A DNA stretch of 64,000 bases from Antedon mediterranea (GCF_964355755.1 NC_092680.1:7006001-7070000), one strand, 5' to 3'; shown: positions 25,928 through 39,337, counted from the stretch's first letter. The notes: generated by a model from the sequence alone, not told the origin. A program made the numbers and translations.

Positions 25928-28900
25928 AATAATAATAATAATAAGATTTTCATAGCGCACATACGTACCACTCCAGAGTGCTCAAGGCGCATTTAAAAAT
26001 AAAAAAGAAATAAATCATACAAATTCCTGACAAATAAAATGCAATTTCTTTGGAGGGTCCCCATCCGTTGTCGTTCTGTCGCGGTCCCGAACCCCTACCT
26101 AGGTGACCAAACAAAGGAACAGGATACACATTTGCCTTGCCACAGACGACCGGGTGCTCAGAGACAACAACTAAGACAGAGGCACCCCAAAGATAATGCT
26201 GGCCAGGAAAAGGTATACAAAACAATTCTAAGTCTAAACAACTTTAAGAAACCTCATGATTTCCATATGCCTTAATGAATAAATGTGTTTTTAATAATTT
26301 TTTAAAAGTATCAACAGTTTTGCAAAATCTTATAGAGCTCGGTAGAGCATTCCACAGACGAGGAGCAGTAACGGAGAATGCTCTGTCACCCCATGAGTGG
26401 TGAGACTTAGGCTGATGTAGAAGCAGCGAGTCACTAGAGCGCAGATTACGTCCGGGAACATACAGCCTAAGCATGTCAGAAATATATTCAGGAGCCATGC
26501 CATTTATAGACTTAAAAACAAAGAGTAATATTTCAAAAACAATGCGGTACCTAACAGGGAGCCAATGCAATATTTCCAAAGTATTTGATATGTGTCCATA
26601 TCTTGGTAATTTTTTAACAACTCGTGCCGCTGTATTTTGAATCAGTTGGAGCCTGTGGAGTTGTTTTTGTGGTAGCCCGTATAGCAAAGAGTTTCCCATA
26701 TCTAGTCGTGAAGTGACAAAAGCATGAACAAGTTGTTTAGCTGCTGTCTCATTTATAAACTTACGAATCCTTCGAATGTTTCGCAAGTGAAAAGACAACG
26801 CAGAAATAGTTTTTGAGATATGAGAAATCATAGTCATACCCACATCCATTTCAACCCCAAGATTTCTAACCTGCCTAGCCGGGTCAATTTGGGTTTCACC
26901 AATGTGAATAAAGCTTGGTGGCAGTTTTTCCAACTGCTGTTTTGATCCAAAGAGAACAAATTCTGTTTTTTATCATTTAATTTAAGAAAGTTGTTTTTCA
27001 TCCAGACACGCAATTCATAGATACAATGTTGGAGCAATTCCAAAGAAATGTCACTGTGTTTCATAGTAGGTTTAAAAGAAATATAAATCTGAGTATCATC
27101 AGCATAAACATGATAGCACAGATCATGTTTACTTATGATATCCCGTATCGGGTGTAAATAAACAGTAAACCATTGCGGCCCAAGAACAGATCCTTGTGGT
27201 ACCTGTCACGAACTCCTCTCACGTATGTTTCCGAGCGGTTGAAAATACTTTAGGAACTCCCTTGTGACATAAAAGTATACACTCAAAATCCACAAAGTTG
27301 TAAAATAACTCAAAACAAAGCTTTAATTTCAATCAACTTCAACTTTTAACAATCCAGTAAGCACTTTAAATAACAGCTTCACAATGACTTTACAATATAA
27401 TATCCAACCTTTAATCCAACCTCTAATCCAACAACCTTACAATAGTTTACAACCCTTTATATACAAGATGCTCCTATCCTTCTAGATCATTCTTTATACT
27501 TCTCATTATTACATGATTACAGTTTCTATTAATAGCACTTCTGGAATGTTCTTGATTGTTCTTATTAATTATACATGGTTTATTAAATCAAAACATCTTA
27601 TTCTAGAATGTTCATGTAAATACTATGTTACTCTATATGTTAGGGAATGGTAATTTATTACAGTACCGAAAAGTTTAGAAAAGAAGCTTTTGAAATAGCA
27701 TCACCAATACATACGTGTTGAGGTCGTTTTTCCAAATATGACCGACACCAATCAAGTGCATTTCCTTCAATACCAATATAAGTACTGAGTCTATTTAGCA
27801 ACACAGAATGATCAATCGTATCAAATGCTGCACTTAAATCTAATAATACTAGAGCAGTTAGCTTTCCATCATCCATCCCACGTAGGATGTCATTATTTAC
27901 ACGAAGTAATGCCGTTTCAGTACTGTGATGCGCTTTGTAGGCAGATTGATACGGATCAAGTAGGCCATGTTTTTGTACATGCGACAAAATCCGTTTAGAA
28001 ACAACCTTCTCAATTATTTTTTCTAAAAAACTAAGATTCGAGATAGGTCTGTAGTTTTTCAGAATCTCGGGATCTAGACCTGTTTTTTTCAATGTGGGTC
28101 GAACATGGGTGACACCATGTGTGATTAATGGAATAAATGCAGAAGTACATTTCTTAATCAGTGAAGTTGGTACCGGGTCAAGTGCACACGATTTAGAGGG
28201 AGAATTTTTGACAATTTTTAAAATTTCCTCATCACTTGCAGGTTCGAACTGAGAAAACCGTATAGACCTAGTTAAACCATAAGATATATTACATTTATCA
28301 GAAGCAGTTATAACTTCGCCAGTATTTTCATTTTCTAGTGAATCACGAATTGATTTAATTTTATTTACAAAAAACACAGAAAATCTTTCAGCAAGAGCTT
28401 CATCGGAGACAGACGAAGGAAGGACCGATGACTTGGAGTGATGTAAAAGTTTATTTACTATATTGAAAAGTTTCTTTTGATCACCTGTGCAGTCACTAAC
28501 CAGACTAGAGTAATACCGCGTCTTAGCCTTTTCAATCAGTCCATTTACAACGCATCTTTGAACACAGTATTCCTGTCTATCCTTAGGAAGCTTTGATTTC
28601 ATCCATTTACATTCAAGTTGACGACGTACTTTCCTTTCAGATCGAATTTCATCGGTATACCACGGTTTAGCTTCCTTTTGCCTAATTGTTTTGTTCTGAA
28701 CTGGCGCATGTAAATCAAGTACAGCTCTGAGATCAGAATAGCTTTCTACACTGTCTTCAAGAATTACACTTACATCGGTTATATTAGACACACAGGCTTT
28801 AATGTCATTTGTGAATTTCTTAATATCAATTTGTTTTAGGTTGCGACTTTTTCTTACAGTTTTGTGTGTTGTGGGCCGTTTAAGATCAAACTTGCAAAAT

Positions 28901-28981
28901 GATCTGACAGGCCAGGGTGTATCTTTACATCCGAGAGAAGTAGATCATCTCTAGTGATGATAAGGTCGAGGCAGTCGTCAT
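25928..28981 (-). mobile_element. 5'-truncated L2-clade LINE with (TTA)n tail
   Basis: ORFs 27658-28791 (KPWYT, KSCALDPVPT, NYRPISNL, HSTETALL, LLDLSAAFDTIDH), YADDTQ, and 26244-26933 (VHAFVTSRLD, LHWLPV, GDRAFS..APRLWNALP). CATGTT is duplicated at 25922-25927 and 28982-28987; empty site at ~16583. Confidence 0.93.
27204..27662 (-). mobile_element. Solo LTR (459 bp) inserted in the L2 RT
   Basis: TG...CA ends (TGTCA/TTACA) with 5-bp TSD GTACC (27199-27203, 27663-27667). Removing it restores FSVPQGSVLGP. TATA-like and ATTAAA signals lie on the minus strand. Confidence 0.88.
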
Positions 28982-29534
28982 CATGTTGAATGATTTTACA
29001 ATAAGACACGCACTGTCCTTGGTGCGGGGGTCTTGAAGAATAGGTTTGTCATAAAAAGTTTTAGGTCATTTCATACATCGAACAAATGCAATTGTCTTAA
29101 ACGGCAAGTTAGGTATTATACCGCGCCTATATGCGCGCCTTTGCCAGCTGTATCGGTATTGAAGATGTTTGGCATCGTCAACGTTTGCCATCGTATGGAC
29201 CTTGGTATCAAGTCTAAATCAATACGAATGCTATTGTGTTAAACGGCAAGTTAGATATTATACCGCGCCTATATGCGCGCCTTTGCCACTCGGTATTGAA
29301 GAAACATTCCAAAAGTATGCTTAGAAATTGTAATACCAATAGAGTAAGAAGTATCATCTAGAAGATTACGAACATATCGTATACAAGAAGAGGGAACGGG
29401 TAGTGTTCTCTCTCGGTTGAGGTGAACTAAATGCTTAAAAACATTGACGCGCGCTGCCATTAGGCGTCGAAGTAATGATATGGTTTAAACGTTTTGTATT
29501 ATAGCATGCCTAACAATGATTCGCGCTGGATTCA

Positions 29535-30975
29535 ACGATTTGTACACGGATTTTGTCGAAAAACGGATAATAATTGAATTTTAAAAACTTGATATTTTGG
29601 CCATTTAAAAAAAAATCTCTGTACAGGGATTTTGTCGAAAAATAGCAATTTTTCGACCTTTTTATTTTTCGACATAATTGTGTTCTATGGTACTATAAGA
29701 TGATCAAAAAACAATTATTATCATATACACCAATATAAAAGCACAATAATTGAATTTTAAAAACTTTAAATTTTGGAAATATTTTGAAAAAATCCCTGTA
29801 CTTTGTCGAAAAATTGCCAATTTTTGACCTTTTTATTTTTCGGCATAACTGGGTTCTATGATACTATAAGATGATCATAAAGCAATATATGATCATATAC
29901 AGCAATAAAAACGCATAATACTAGAATTTTAAAAACTTGAAATTTTTGCAATTTTTCTAAAAAATCCCTGTACTTATAGTACAGGGAGTTTTTCGAAAAA
30001 TGGCCAATTTTCGACCTTTTATTTTTTGGCATAACTGGGTTCTATGGAACTATAAGATGATCATAAAGCAATATATGATCATAAAAAAATTAGTATCTAC
30101 TGAAGTGTTACTTACCATATACAAGACACTTATATTACCAGTGTTGACATATGGTATTATTGTATGGGGTGCGGGGAACAAAGACAATTTGGATCGCCTT
30201 CTATTGCTTCAGAAAAAAGCTCTTAGGATCATTTGTAAGGTAGACTTTCATCATCCCTCTTCTCAGCTCTTTGTGAAAACGGGCACACTTAATATATTTG
30301 ATTTGTATAAAAACAGTGTTTTAAATTTTATGTTTAAATACCAAAAAGGACAACTTCCAAAATGTTTTAATTCTTTATTCAGTTTATTTGATAATTATCA
30401 TACATATAACACTCGAAATAAAGACAATTATTGTATAAAATTAAAATCAACTAATATGGGTCAGCAAAGTATAGCATATAGAGGACCTAAGCTATGGAAT
30501 CAACTTATAAGAAATATAAGAGAGAGTGAAAATATATCAATATTTAAAAAACTATTACTAAATAAATGCATTAATAGTTATAAAGAAACAATATATCTAT
30601 GCGAAAACAACATTTGTAAAATATGTCTAACTTTAACTTAATTAATTACATTCTCGTATATATTCTGAGACTGATGTATATATATATGTTATATTATAGT
30701 ACGTTGTATTTTCCTTCATTTATTTACTACATGAAAACATTTTTTTGTAATATATTTGTAAATTTATATTTTAAGTTAGGGTGCCACAGATTAAAAGCTT
30801 TGCTTGCTTGTGGTTATCCCGTTTTTCACACTTTATTGTACTTAATCTTTTATTTATATTTTTAAGAATGTTGTGTGAAAAATAAAAGAATCAATCAATC
30901 AATCAATCAATCAATATACAGCAATAAAAACGCATAATACTAGAATTTTAAAAACTTGAAATTTTTGCCATTTAA
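29535..30975. repeat. Tandem repeat C, second block, interrupted by a LINE fragment
   Basis: Same units as 17130-18110. Confidence 0.82.
30084..30914 (+). mobile_element. 3' fragment of CR1-group LINE with (AATC)n tail
   Basis: IYKTLILPVLTYGIIVWG, LQKKALRII, YNTR, YRGPKLWN; 3' stem-loop; (AATC)n at ~30888-30914; absent from copy 1 of the duplication. Confidence 0.87.
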
Positions 30976-30979
30976 AAAA

Positions 30980-31813
30980 AAACAAGGCCAACAGCCATTA
31001 AGTCGCGTGCTACAATGCATAGTGATACCGGACCGACAGACAGACCGACAGACCGACAGACAGATCGACAGACAGACAGACAGACAGAGAGACCGACCGA
31101 CCGACATAGTGAACTATACTGACCGAAATTACTGAACATGTTTAAAAATGTTGAAATGTTTAAAAACATTGATTTTTTTAAATTTACACGTGCGTAGCCT
31201 GTCACTTTCGACGTGCTCGTATAACGTAATTTCGAGTTGAAAAGTAAGTCAAGAAAACAGAAATCGGGCAAAAAGAGTGCGCAATAACATTTAACGCGCA
31301 GTGCGCGCGCAAAAATATGCACACTCATGGCAATTTTGTAAACGCTTAAAATTGCCTGAAATGTACTTTTTATTCATCGAAAATAAATTTTGAAAATGTT
31401 AAGCGCGCGTACGCATGCGTTACATGCGTTACGCACGTAATTGTTTTGCCATATGATGATTTATGCCCTGAAGTTTATGAGTACCAAATTTTATTTAATT
31501 GTGATTCATGGTTGTGAAGATATGATTACAAACGTGATTTCGTTAAATCGTGCGTAGACCGCGTACTTTTTTATTGCGCACCGTGAAAACATAACCATAT
31601 TGATTCCTGGCCATAAGGAATATACTGTGAAAAATTGACCTAGCTAGATTAAACTGATATCAAGATAAGGTCAGAAAGCGATAAAACGCATAGTGATACC
31701 GGACCGACAGACAGACAGACAGACAGACCGACAGACAGACAGACCGACAGACAGACAGACAGACAGACCGACCGACCTAGTGAACTATAGAGTCACTTCC
31801 ACGCGACTAAAAA
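30980..31813 (-). mobile_element. Complete HINE (family 1)
   Basis: Both termini present; inserted in the A-run of GCCATTTAAAAAAAAATCCCTGT, which is uninterrupted at ~18068-18090. Confidence 0.88.
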
Positions 31814-31846
31814 TCCCTGTACTATATAGTACTGGGAGTTTTTCGA

Positions 31847-32500
31847 TGTACGCACGTAATTGTATTGCCATATGATGATTTATGCCCTGAAATTTATGAG
31901 TACCAAATTTTATTTAATTGTGATTCATGGTTGTGAAGATATGATTACAAACGTGATTTCGTTAAATCGTGCGTAGACCGCGTAATTTTTTATTGCGCAC
32001 CGTGAAAACATAACCACATCGATTCCTGGCCATAAGGAATATACTGTGAAAAATTGACTTAGCTAGATTAAACTGATATCAAGATAAGGTCAGAAAGCGA
32101 TAAATCGCATAGTGATACCGGACCGACAGACAGACCGACAGACCGACAGACAGACCGACAGACCGACAGACCGACAGACAGACAGACAGACACAGACCGA
32201 CCGACTACGTGCACTTAATACCAAAACAAAACGGTTTAGGTGCTCGTTTGTACCTAATGCTATACACTTATATAACTCCAGAGTACAAAGGTAAAATGTA
32301 ACCGATAATTTTTATCTAATTTTAACAATTTTTAGCCTCTTAACTTTTTGTGTGTGTTTTTGTAAATTGTATTTTATATTTTTGTATTTTGCCAGTTTTC
32401 AAATCACATTTCTGTTTTTTAAATGGACAATAAAGTATATATGACTATGACTATGACTATGACATAGTGAACTATAGAGTCGCGTCCACGCGACTAAAAA
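31847..32500. mobile_element. Partial HINE (paralog of 18117-18530) with an internal LINE-tail insertion
   Basis: Same junctions as copy 1; terminal palindrome at 32478-32495. Confidence 0.8.
32206..32460 (+). mobile_element. Short LINE 3' end with (ATGACT)n tail
   Basis: LRALNTKTKRFRCSFVPNAIHLYNS resembles a LINE ORF2 C-terminus; AATAAA then (ATGACT)n; inserted in the HINE microsatellite and absent at ~18490. Confidence 0.72.
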
Positions 32501-33916
32501 TGGTTTTGTCATCAGCATAAAGATAAAAAGAAAGGATGTCAGATGCATTTGGCAAATCATTGATATACAATAAAAAAAAAGAAGAGGGCCTAATAGAGAC
32601 CCTTGAGGAACACCACAAACAATAGGTTTAAAATAGGAAGAAACATTGTTGATATAGGTGCATTGAAGTCGATTGGACAGATAATCTTTAAAAAGGTCAA
32701 GAGTAATGCCACGGATACCATAGTTAAAGAGTTTTGAAAGTAAAATAGTGTGATCAATGGTATCGAATGTCTTAGACAGATCTATGAATAGGCCAGACGA
32801 AAACAACTTATTATGATTAGCATCCACAATGTTGTTGGTAAGATCAATTAAAGCAAAAGAAGTGGAATAGTTTTGTCTGAAACCGTATTGTTTATTGTAG
32901 AGAATGTTGTGTCGGTTAATGAAATCATACGTACGGTCATAGATAAGTTTTTCAAGAATTTTTGAAAAGAAAGTAAGAACAGAAATTGGTCGATAATTGT
33001 TGGGATCAGATTTGTTACCTTTTTTTGTATATAGGAGTGACCTTTGCTGTTTTTATGCTTTTAGGGAAAGATCCTGTGGATAAAGATAAGTTGCAAATAT
33101 GAGTAAGTGGAGAAAGAATAAGGTCTATTAATTTTTTAACAACATTTCCACGATATATTATATCGTCAATTCCAGCAGCCTTGTTGTTTTTTAAAGAGTT
33201 GACAATTTTAAGAACCTCATGTTCCGAAACTGGAGATAAAAAAAGGGAATTTGGAGTAGAAGGACTAATATAAGATAGTGACGGAAACTATTGACAGAAC
33301 TAGTGTCGATTTCTTTTGCTAATTCAGGCCCTATATTGGTAAAATGTTTATTTAATAAATTGGACACCATTTTCGGGTCTTTTGTTAGATTTCCATTACT
33401 CATTATCTCAATGTTAGAAATTGTGTTGTTTGATGGTTTAAGTATAGAGTTTATAGTACGCCAAGTAGCTTTAATATTGGATTTGTTTTCATTAAAGGGT
33501 GCCATGGAAGGGTGCCGAATGCTCTTGAGATAAAGTTTTTGTTTGTATGAGATGGAGGTTAAAAGCCCGTTTGTCATCCAAGGTTTTAATTTCTTTTTAG
33601 TTTTAGGTGGATCTAACAAAGGGAAGTTCCTATCATATAGGGCTTTGTACTTTACGAAAAAAATATCATACGCTTCGTCAGGGTCTAATTTATCTAAGAC
33701 ATCATTCCACGATGTTATTGACAGATCATTTCGAAAATGATGAATATTGTTTTCATTAAATTTTCTAAATTTATGCATCACTTTGTCTGTAGACTTACTT
33801 GAATTAGTAATGTTCACAGTGAAAACGGGAAGTTGATCAGTTGCATCACTAATGACAATGCCGCTCATTGAAGAGTCTAGACTGTTTGAGAAAATGTTAT
33901 CAAGAAGAGTGGCAGA
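32501..33916 (-). mobile_element. CR1-group LINE fragment, duplicate of 18531-22208 without Tx1
   Basis: Near-identical ORFs (33191-33973 vs 21424-22212) and the same boundaries. Confidence 0.88.
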
Positions 33917-34700
33917 TATGGTAGCGAACAGTATTAAACTAAATCCTATTATTATCACTGTTCGCGAGTGCAACCAAAATGGGTATAGTAGAGCACAATG
34001 CTAAACTAAATCCTACTTATTATCACTGTGCGCGAGTGCAACCAAAATGGGTATATTAGCGCACAGTGCTAAACCAAATCCTATTTATTATCACTGTGCG
34101 CGAGTTCTACCAAAATGGGTATAGTAGCGCACAGTGCTAAACAACTAAATCCTATTTATTATCACTATGCGCCAGTGCAACCAAAATGGGTATATTAGCG
34201 CACAGTGCTAAACCAAATCCTATTAATATTATTGTGCGAGAGTACAACCAAAATGGGTATAGTAGCGCACAGTGCTAAACTAAATCCTATTTATTATCAC
34301 TGTGCGCGAGTTCTACCAAAATGGGTATAGTAGCGCACAGTGCTAAACAACTAAATCCTATTTATTATCACTATGCGCCAGTGCAACCAAAATGGGTATG
34401 GTAGCGCACAGTGCTAAACTGAATCCTATTTATTATCACTGTGCGCGAGTTTTACCAAAATGGGTATAGTAGCGCACAGTGCTAAACAACTAAATCCTAT
34501 TTATTATCACTGTGCGCCAGTGCAACCAAAATGGGTATGGTAGCGCACAGTGCTAAACTAAATCCTATTTATTATCACTGTGCGCGAGTGCAACCAAAAT
34601 GGGTATAGTAGCGCACAGTGCTAAACTGAATCTTGTTTATTATCACTGTACTCAAAAGTACAATCAAAATGGGTGTAGTAGAGCATAGTGCAAAACTAAT
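33917..34700 (+). repeat. Third block of the 68-bp satellite (degenerate monomers continue at 37592-37650 and 38995-39060)
   Basis: Same monomer as 5280-8826. Confidence 0.92.
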
Positions 34701-37592
34701 TATTTACCTCCACCAAGGAGGTATATGTAGTCGATCGCGTGTTTGTTTGTTTTAAAATGTTGCCCATTGTAGTACTTGCTTTGTTTGTATTTATGGTTGT
34801 TTGTTTCTTGGGACGATAGCGACTACAATGTTCAAGTTATTATTTTTCGGTGTAGGTAGGTATATAGTTTGAGACCATGAAATTCAAGAAACTTGGTATT
34901 AACTTCACAAATAACAAACATGATATTGTGTTCATACCGGCTAGTGTTAAAATAGTCCAGATCCCTATGTATTTTCGTGTGCAGATCATGGGGAAAGTGT
35001 AAACATTGTGTTTTATGAATATTTGAATCATGCTGGTTATAAAAACCCATGTTGTCAAATTTCTAAAATTCATCTTTGACCTCTGACCTCAATTTGAATG
35101 TTTTGACCCATTGAAAACAAAATGATCATATCTTTGCAACGCTTAGATTAAATGAAATAATTTTAGTGTCAAATTATTTGGGAGATGCATATTAATATTC
35201 GTTCTAATGAAAAAGTTTGTCCAAAAATGGCTGGAAGTATGATTTTTGGCATATTTGACCTTTGACCTACATATCATATAACTCCGTAACTAATAGTTGG
35301 ACAAACTTTAAATAGGGCTCAAATTAATCTGAAGGTATATGTTTCTATTCAGTCTAATAAGAACTTTTACAAGAAAATGACCCGAAATATTTTTATTGAC
35401 CTTTGACCTGTACTGGTAGTACATATTTCTATAATCTCAAAAACTATTGGCCGTAAAATGGTTGTTTTTGTGAAATGGTTCGAACAATTTACATTTATAT
35501 GTTGTATAATAACAACATTTTATAGAAATGTAAAAGAATTCTATTTATGATCACTAACTTTATAATTTATTAACATCACTAGCATTTGTTATAATATTAA
35601 AATGTGTTATATTTGCTGATTTTAAGCACTTCACATGAATTTATCAGAATTATGTGTATTTAATATAAAGTTTATTTTTTTTTTTATATAAAGAAAATGT
35701 AATTGTCTATCAAATAAGACTATTTTCAAATTATTATGGCTAAAACTTAATTAGATACAGGCAAAAAAGTGTATTTTTACTTGTGTGAACAGCGCCCTCA
35801 ATCTTCATTTTTTCCCAAAAAATTTCACATTTTTATGTGTTTTCCTGAACTAAACAGGTTATAACTTTGTTTTAAAGACTTTTTACAGTAACCTGTAATT
35901 TACATACCTCTTTTATAACGTACTAGGTCAGTTTCTGAAAAAAATTGAGAAAAATATTCCGATAGCTTGATATTTTTGTTGAGGTTATTACATGATACAC
36001 ACAAAAAAAAAAATTTAATTTTGAGCTAAAAGTCCATCTTTTTGGTTTAATAAAAGCTATCTAGCAGATATTAATACACAAAATTCATATTTTATTGGAT
36101 AGATATTATGATTATCTTTCCAATAAAATATGCTGTTTGTGTAAGAATGGCTGTACAAGATGGTTTGTACTGGACCAAAAAGATGGATTTTTAGCACAAA
36201 ATCAAAATATTTTTAGCATGCACCATGTAATAACCTCAGGAAAAATATCAAGCTATAAAAATATTGTTTTCATTTTATCTCAGAAACTTACTTAGTATAT
36301 GGTAGAAGGTGTATGTAAGTTACACGTCACTGACAACAAATATTTTAAAAAGTTACAACCAGCTAAGTTTATGAAACCACATAAAAATGTGGTATTTTTT
36401 GGGAAAAAATGAAGATTGAGGGCGCTGTTCGCATAAGTAAAAATACACTTTTTTGCCTGTATCTAATTAAGTTTTAGCCATAATAATTTGAAAATAGTCT
36501 TATTTGATAGATAATTAAATTGTCTTTATATAAAAAAAAAACAACATTATATTAAATACACATATTTTCTGATAAATTCATGTGAAGTGCGTAAAATCAG
36601 CAAATATAACACATTTTAATATTATAACAAATGCTAGTGATGTTAATAAATTATAAAGTTAGTGATCATAAATAGAATTCTTTTACATTTCTATAAAATA
36701 TTGTTATTATACAACATATAAATGTAAATTGTTCGAACCATTTCACAAAAACAACCATTTTAAAATATTTCGGGTCATTTTCTTGTAAAAGTTCTTATTA
36801 GACTGAATAGAAACTTATACCTTCAGATTAATTTGAGCCCTATTTAAAGTTTGTCCAACTATTAGTTACGGAGTTATATGATATGTAAGTCAAAGGTCAA
36901 ATATGCCAAAAATCATACTTCCAGCCATTTTTGGACAAACTTTTCCATTAGAACGAATATTAATATGCATCTCCCAAATAATTTGACACTAAAATTATTT
37001 CATTTAATCTAAGCGTTGCAAAGATATGATCATTTTGTTTTCAATGGGTCAAAACATTCAAATTGAGGTCAGAGGTCAAAGATGAATTTTAGAAATTTGA
37101 CAACATGGGTTTTTATAACCAGCATGATTCAAATATTCATAAAACACAATGTTTACACTTTCCCCATGATCTGCACACGAAGGCACTTTTTTTGACATAG
37201 GGATGGACTAAAATACACGAGCCAATTTTCAAAAGACGGTGAGCAGTCTTAAAGTAACAAGTAAACTGAAATTGCATTTTCTAGAGAACTACTTTTCCAA
37301 AAACGGTTTTGTACAAGAGACAAAAGCTATAACTTGTGATTTGTAATTTTAAAACACAATTTGATTTAATTTACAGGTTTTTTGATATGTTTAGTTTTTA
37401 AAAACCTCTTTGTTAGTCAACTGAAACTATTGTTAGTTGAAAGGCTGGTTACATAACCATTACACCAAATTCGCATACACATATGCTTTAATGAAATCAC
37501 CCTAAATCACACACAGCATTTCACGGAGAAATCTTATGTAGGAGAAATTTACAGTAGGCGGAGGTATGCACTCTCGGAATGGCTTTCTTCTT
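34700..37592 (+). mobile_element. HINE family 2, copy A (carries a nested long-TIR element)
   Basis: Starts TTATTTACCTCCACCAAGGAGGT with (GTTT)n; ends with sub-TIR GGCGGAGGT, a hairpin and a T-rich tail; inserted at TT in a satellite loop. Confidence 0.72.
34953..37210. mobile_element. Non-autonomous DNA transposon with ~850-bp TIRs (Academ-like TAG ends, tentative)
   Basis: Inverted arms 34953-~35822 and ~36395-37210, ends TAGTCC...GGACTA, A-rich short duplication, no transposase ORF; related empty site at ~38537-38560. Confidence 0.8.
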
Positions 37593-37649
37593 ATCACTGT
37601 GCTCAAGTACAACCAAAATTGGTATAGTAGCGCACAGTGCTAAATCCTA

Positions 37650-38994
37650 TTATTTACCTCTGCCCCACAGGTATATGTAATCGACCACGTGTGTCTGTCT
37701 GCTTGTTAGCAGGATTACTCAAAAAGTTATCAAAAAAATAAAATACAAATAGATATCTGGTCAAGGACAACTCCATTAAAATTTTGAAGCAATCCAGACC
37801 ACGATCCTAATTGTGGAGCACTTTTTAGTCGCGTGGAGGACGCGACTCTATAGTTCACGTCGGTCGGTCGGTCTGTCTGTCGGTCCGGTATCACTATGCG
37901 TTTTATCGCTTTCTGACCTTATCTTAATATCAGTTTAATCTAGATAAGTCAATTTTTCACAGTATATTCCTTATGGCCAGGAATCGATGTGGTTATGTTT
38001 TCACGGTGCGCAATAAAAAATTACGCGGTGTACGCACGATTTAACGAAATCACGTTTGTAATCATATCTTCACAACCATGAATCACAATTAAATAAAATT
38101 TGGTACTCATAAATTTCAGGGCATAAATCATCATATGCAATACAATTACGTGCGTAGCGCATGTAACGCATACGTACGCGCGCTTAAAATTTTCAAAATT
38201 TATTTTCGATGAAATAAGAGTACGTTTCAGGCAATTTTAAGCGTTTACAAAATTGCCATGAGTGCGCAGATTAAATGTTATTGCGCACTCTTTTTGCCCG
38301 ATTTCTGTTTTCTTGACTTACTTTTCAACTCGAAATTACGTTATACGAGCACGTCAAAAGTGACAGGCTACGCACGTGTAAATTAAAAAAATATAAATGT
38401 TTTTAAACATTTCAACATTTTTAAACATGTTCAGTAATTTCGGTCAGTTGGTAGGTTGGTCGGTCGGTCGGTAAACACTAATGAGCACGCGACTGCAGCC
38501 ATCTATATGGCCTTGTTAATATTACTTTCAGACCTGCTAGTGTTAAAAGATAACAGACAATTTCTCAAAAGCCGGTGAGCCACAAGTAAACTGAAATTGC
38601 ATTTTGTACAAGAGGCAAGAGTTATAATTTGTGGTTTGTAATTTGATTAATTTCTATTTCTATTTTCTAATTCTATTGTTAGTCAACTGAAACTATTGTA
38701 GTTGAAAGGCTGGTTACATAACCTTTACGCCAAACTCGCATATACATCTTGTAGTGAAATTAGCCTAAATCACACACAGCATTAAGACACACACAGTGCT
38801 GTTCCGCCGAGAATATGTTAAAGAGTCGCTATCCAATCGAGTTTGAACTATACCATTAAGGCCCCAGTGTTTTAATAGTTAGGACATCTGTAATTTTCTA
38901 TGCCTAATGTATTTATACATATTTCCGTAGAAATCTTATGTAGGATAATTTTACAGTTGGCGGAGGTATGTACTCTCGGAGTCCCTTTCTAGTT
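37650..38994 (+). mobile_element. HINE family 2, copy B (carries a nested family-1 HINE)
   Basis: TTATTTACCTCTGCC start, GGCGGAGGT...TTTCTAGTT end; body similar to 37210-37592. Confidence 0.72.
37822..38517 (+). mobile_element. HINE family 1, opposite orientation to the other copies
   Basis: TTTTTAGTCGCGTGG...ACGCGACTCTATAG start, (GTCG)n, end CACGCGACT...GGCCTTGTT. Confidence 0.85.
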
Positions 38995-39337
38995 ATCACT
39001 GTGCTCAAGTACAAACAACAGGGTAAAGTAGCGAAAAGTGGTAAACTAAAGTCTATCTATCTTGTAAACCTGGTTGAAAGATGATAATTCATTAACTTAT
39101 CATGATATGAAATTATATGAAACAAACTATATAAGACTCACCAGGATCTTAGCCTCAACAACCAGAGAAAATTTGAAAAATAGAGCTGCTAGGTCAGTAG
39201 GCAAACTATCACTGCCATGGTGAGTATTACCAAAGTTCGAGCCAGCGAGGCATGCAATTCATACGACCCTTGACATTAAATAAACAGAACAAAATGAACA
39301 AAAAACTACCTACGATAAATAATTATGAAACATGGTA

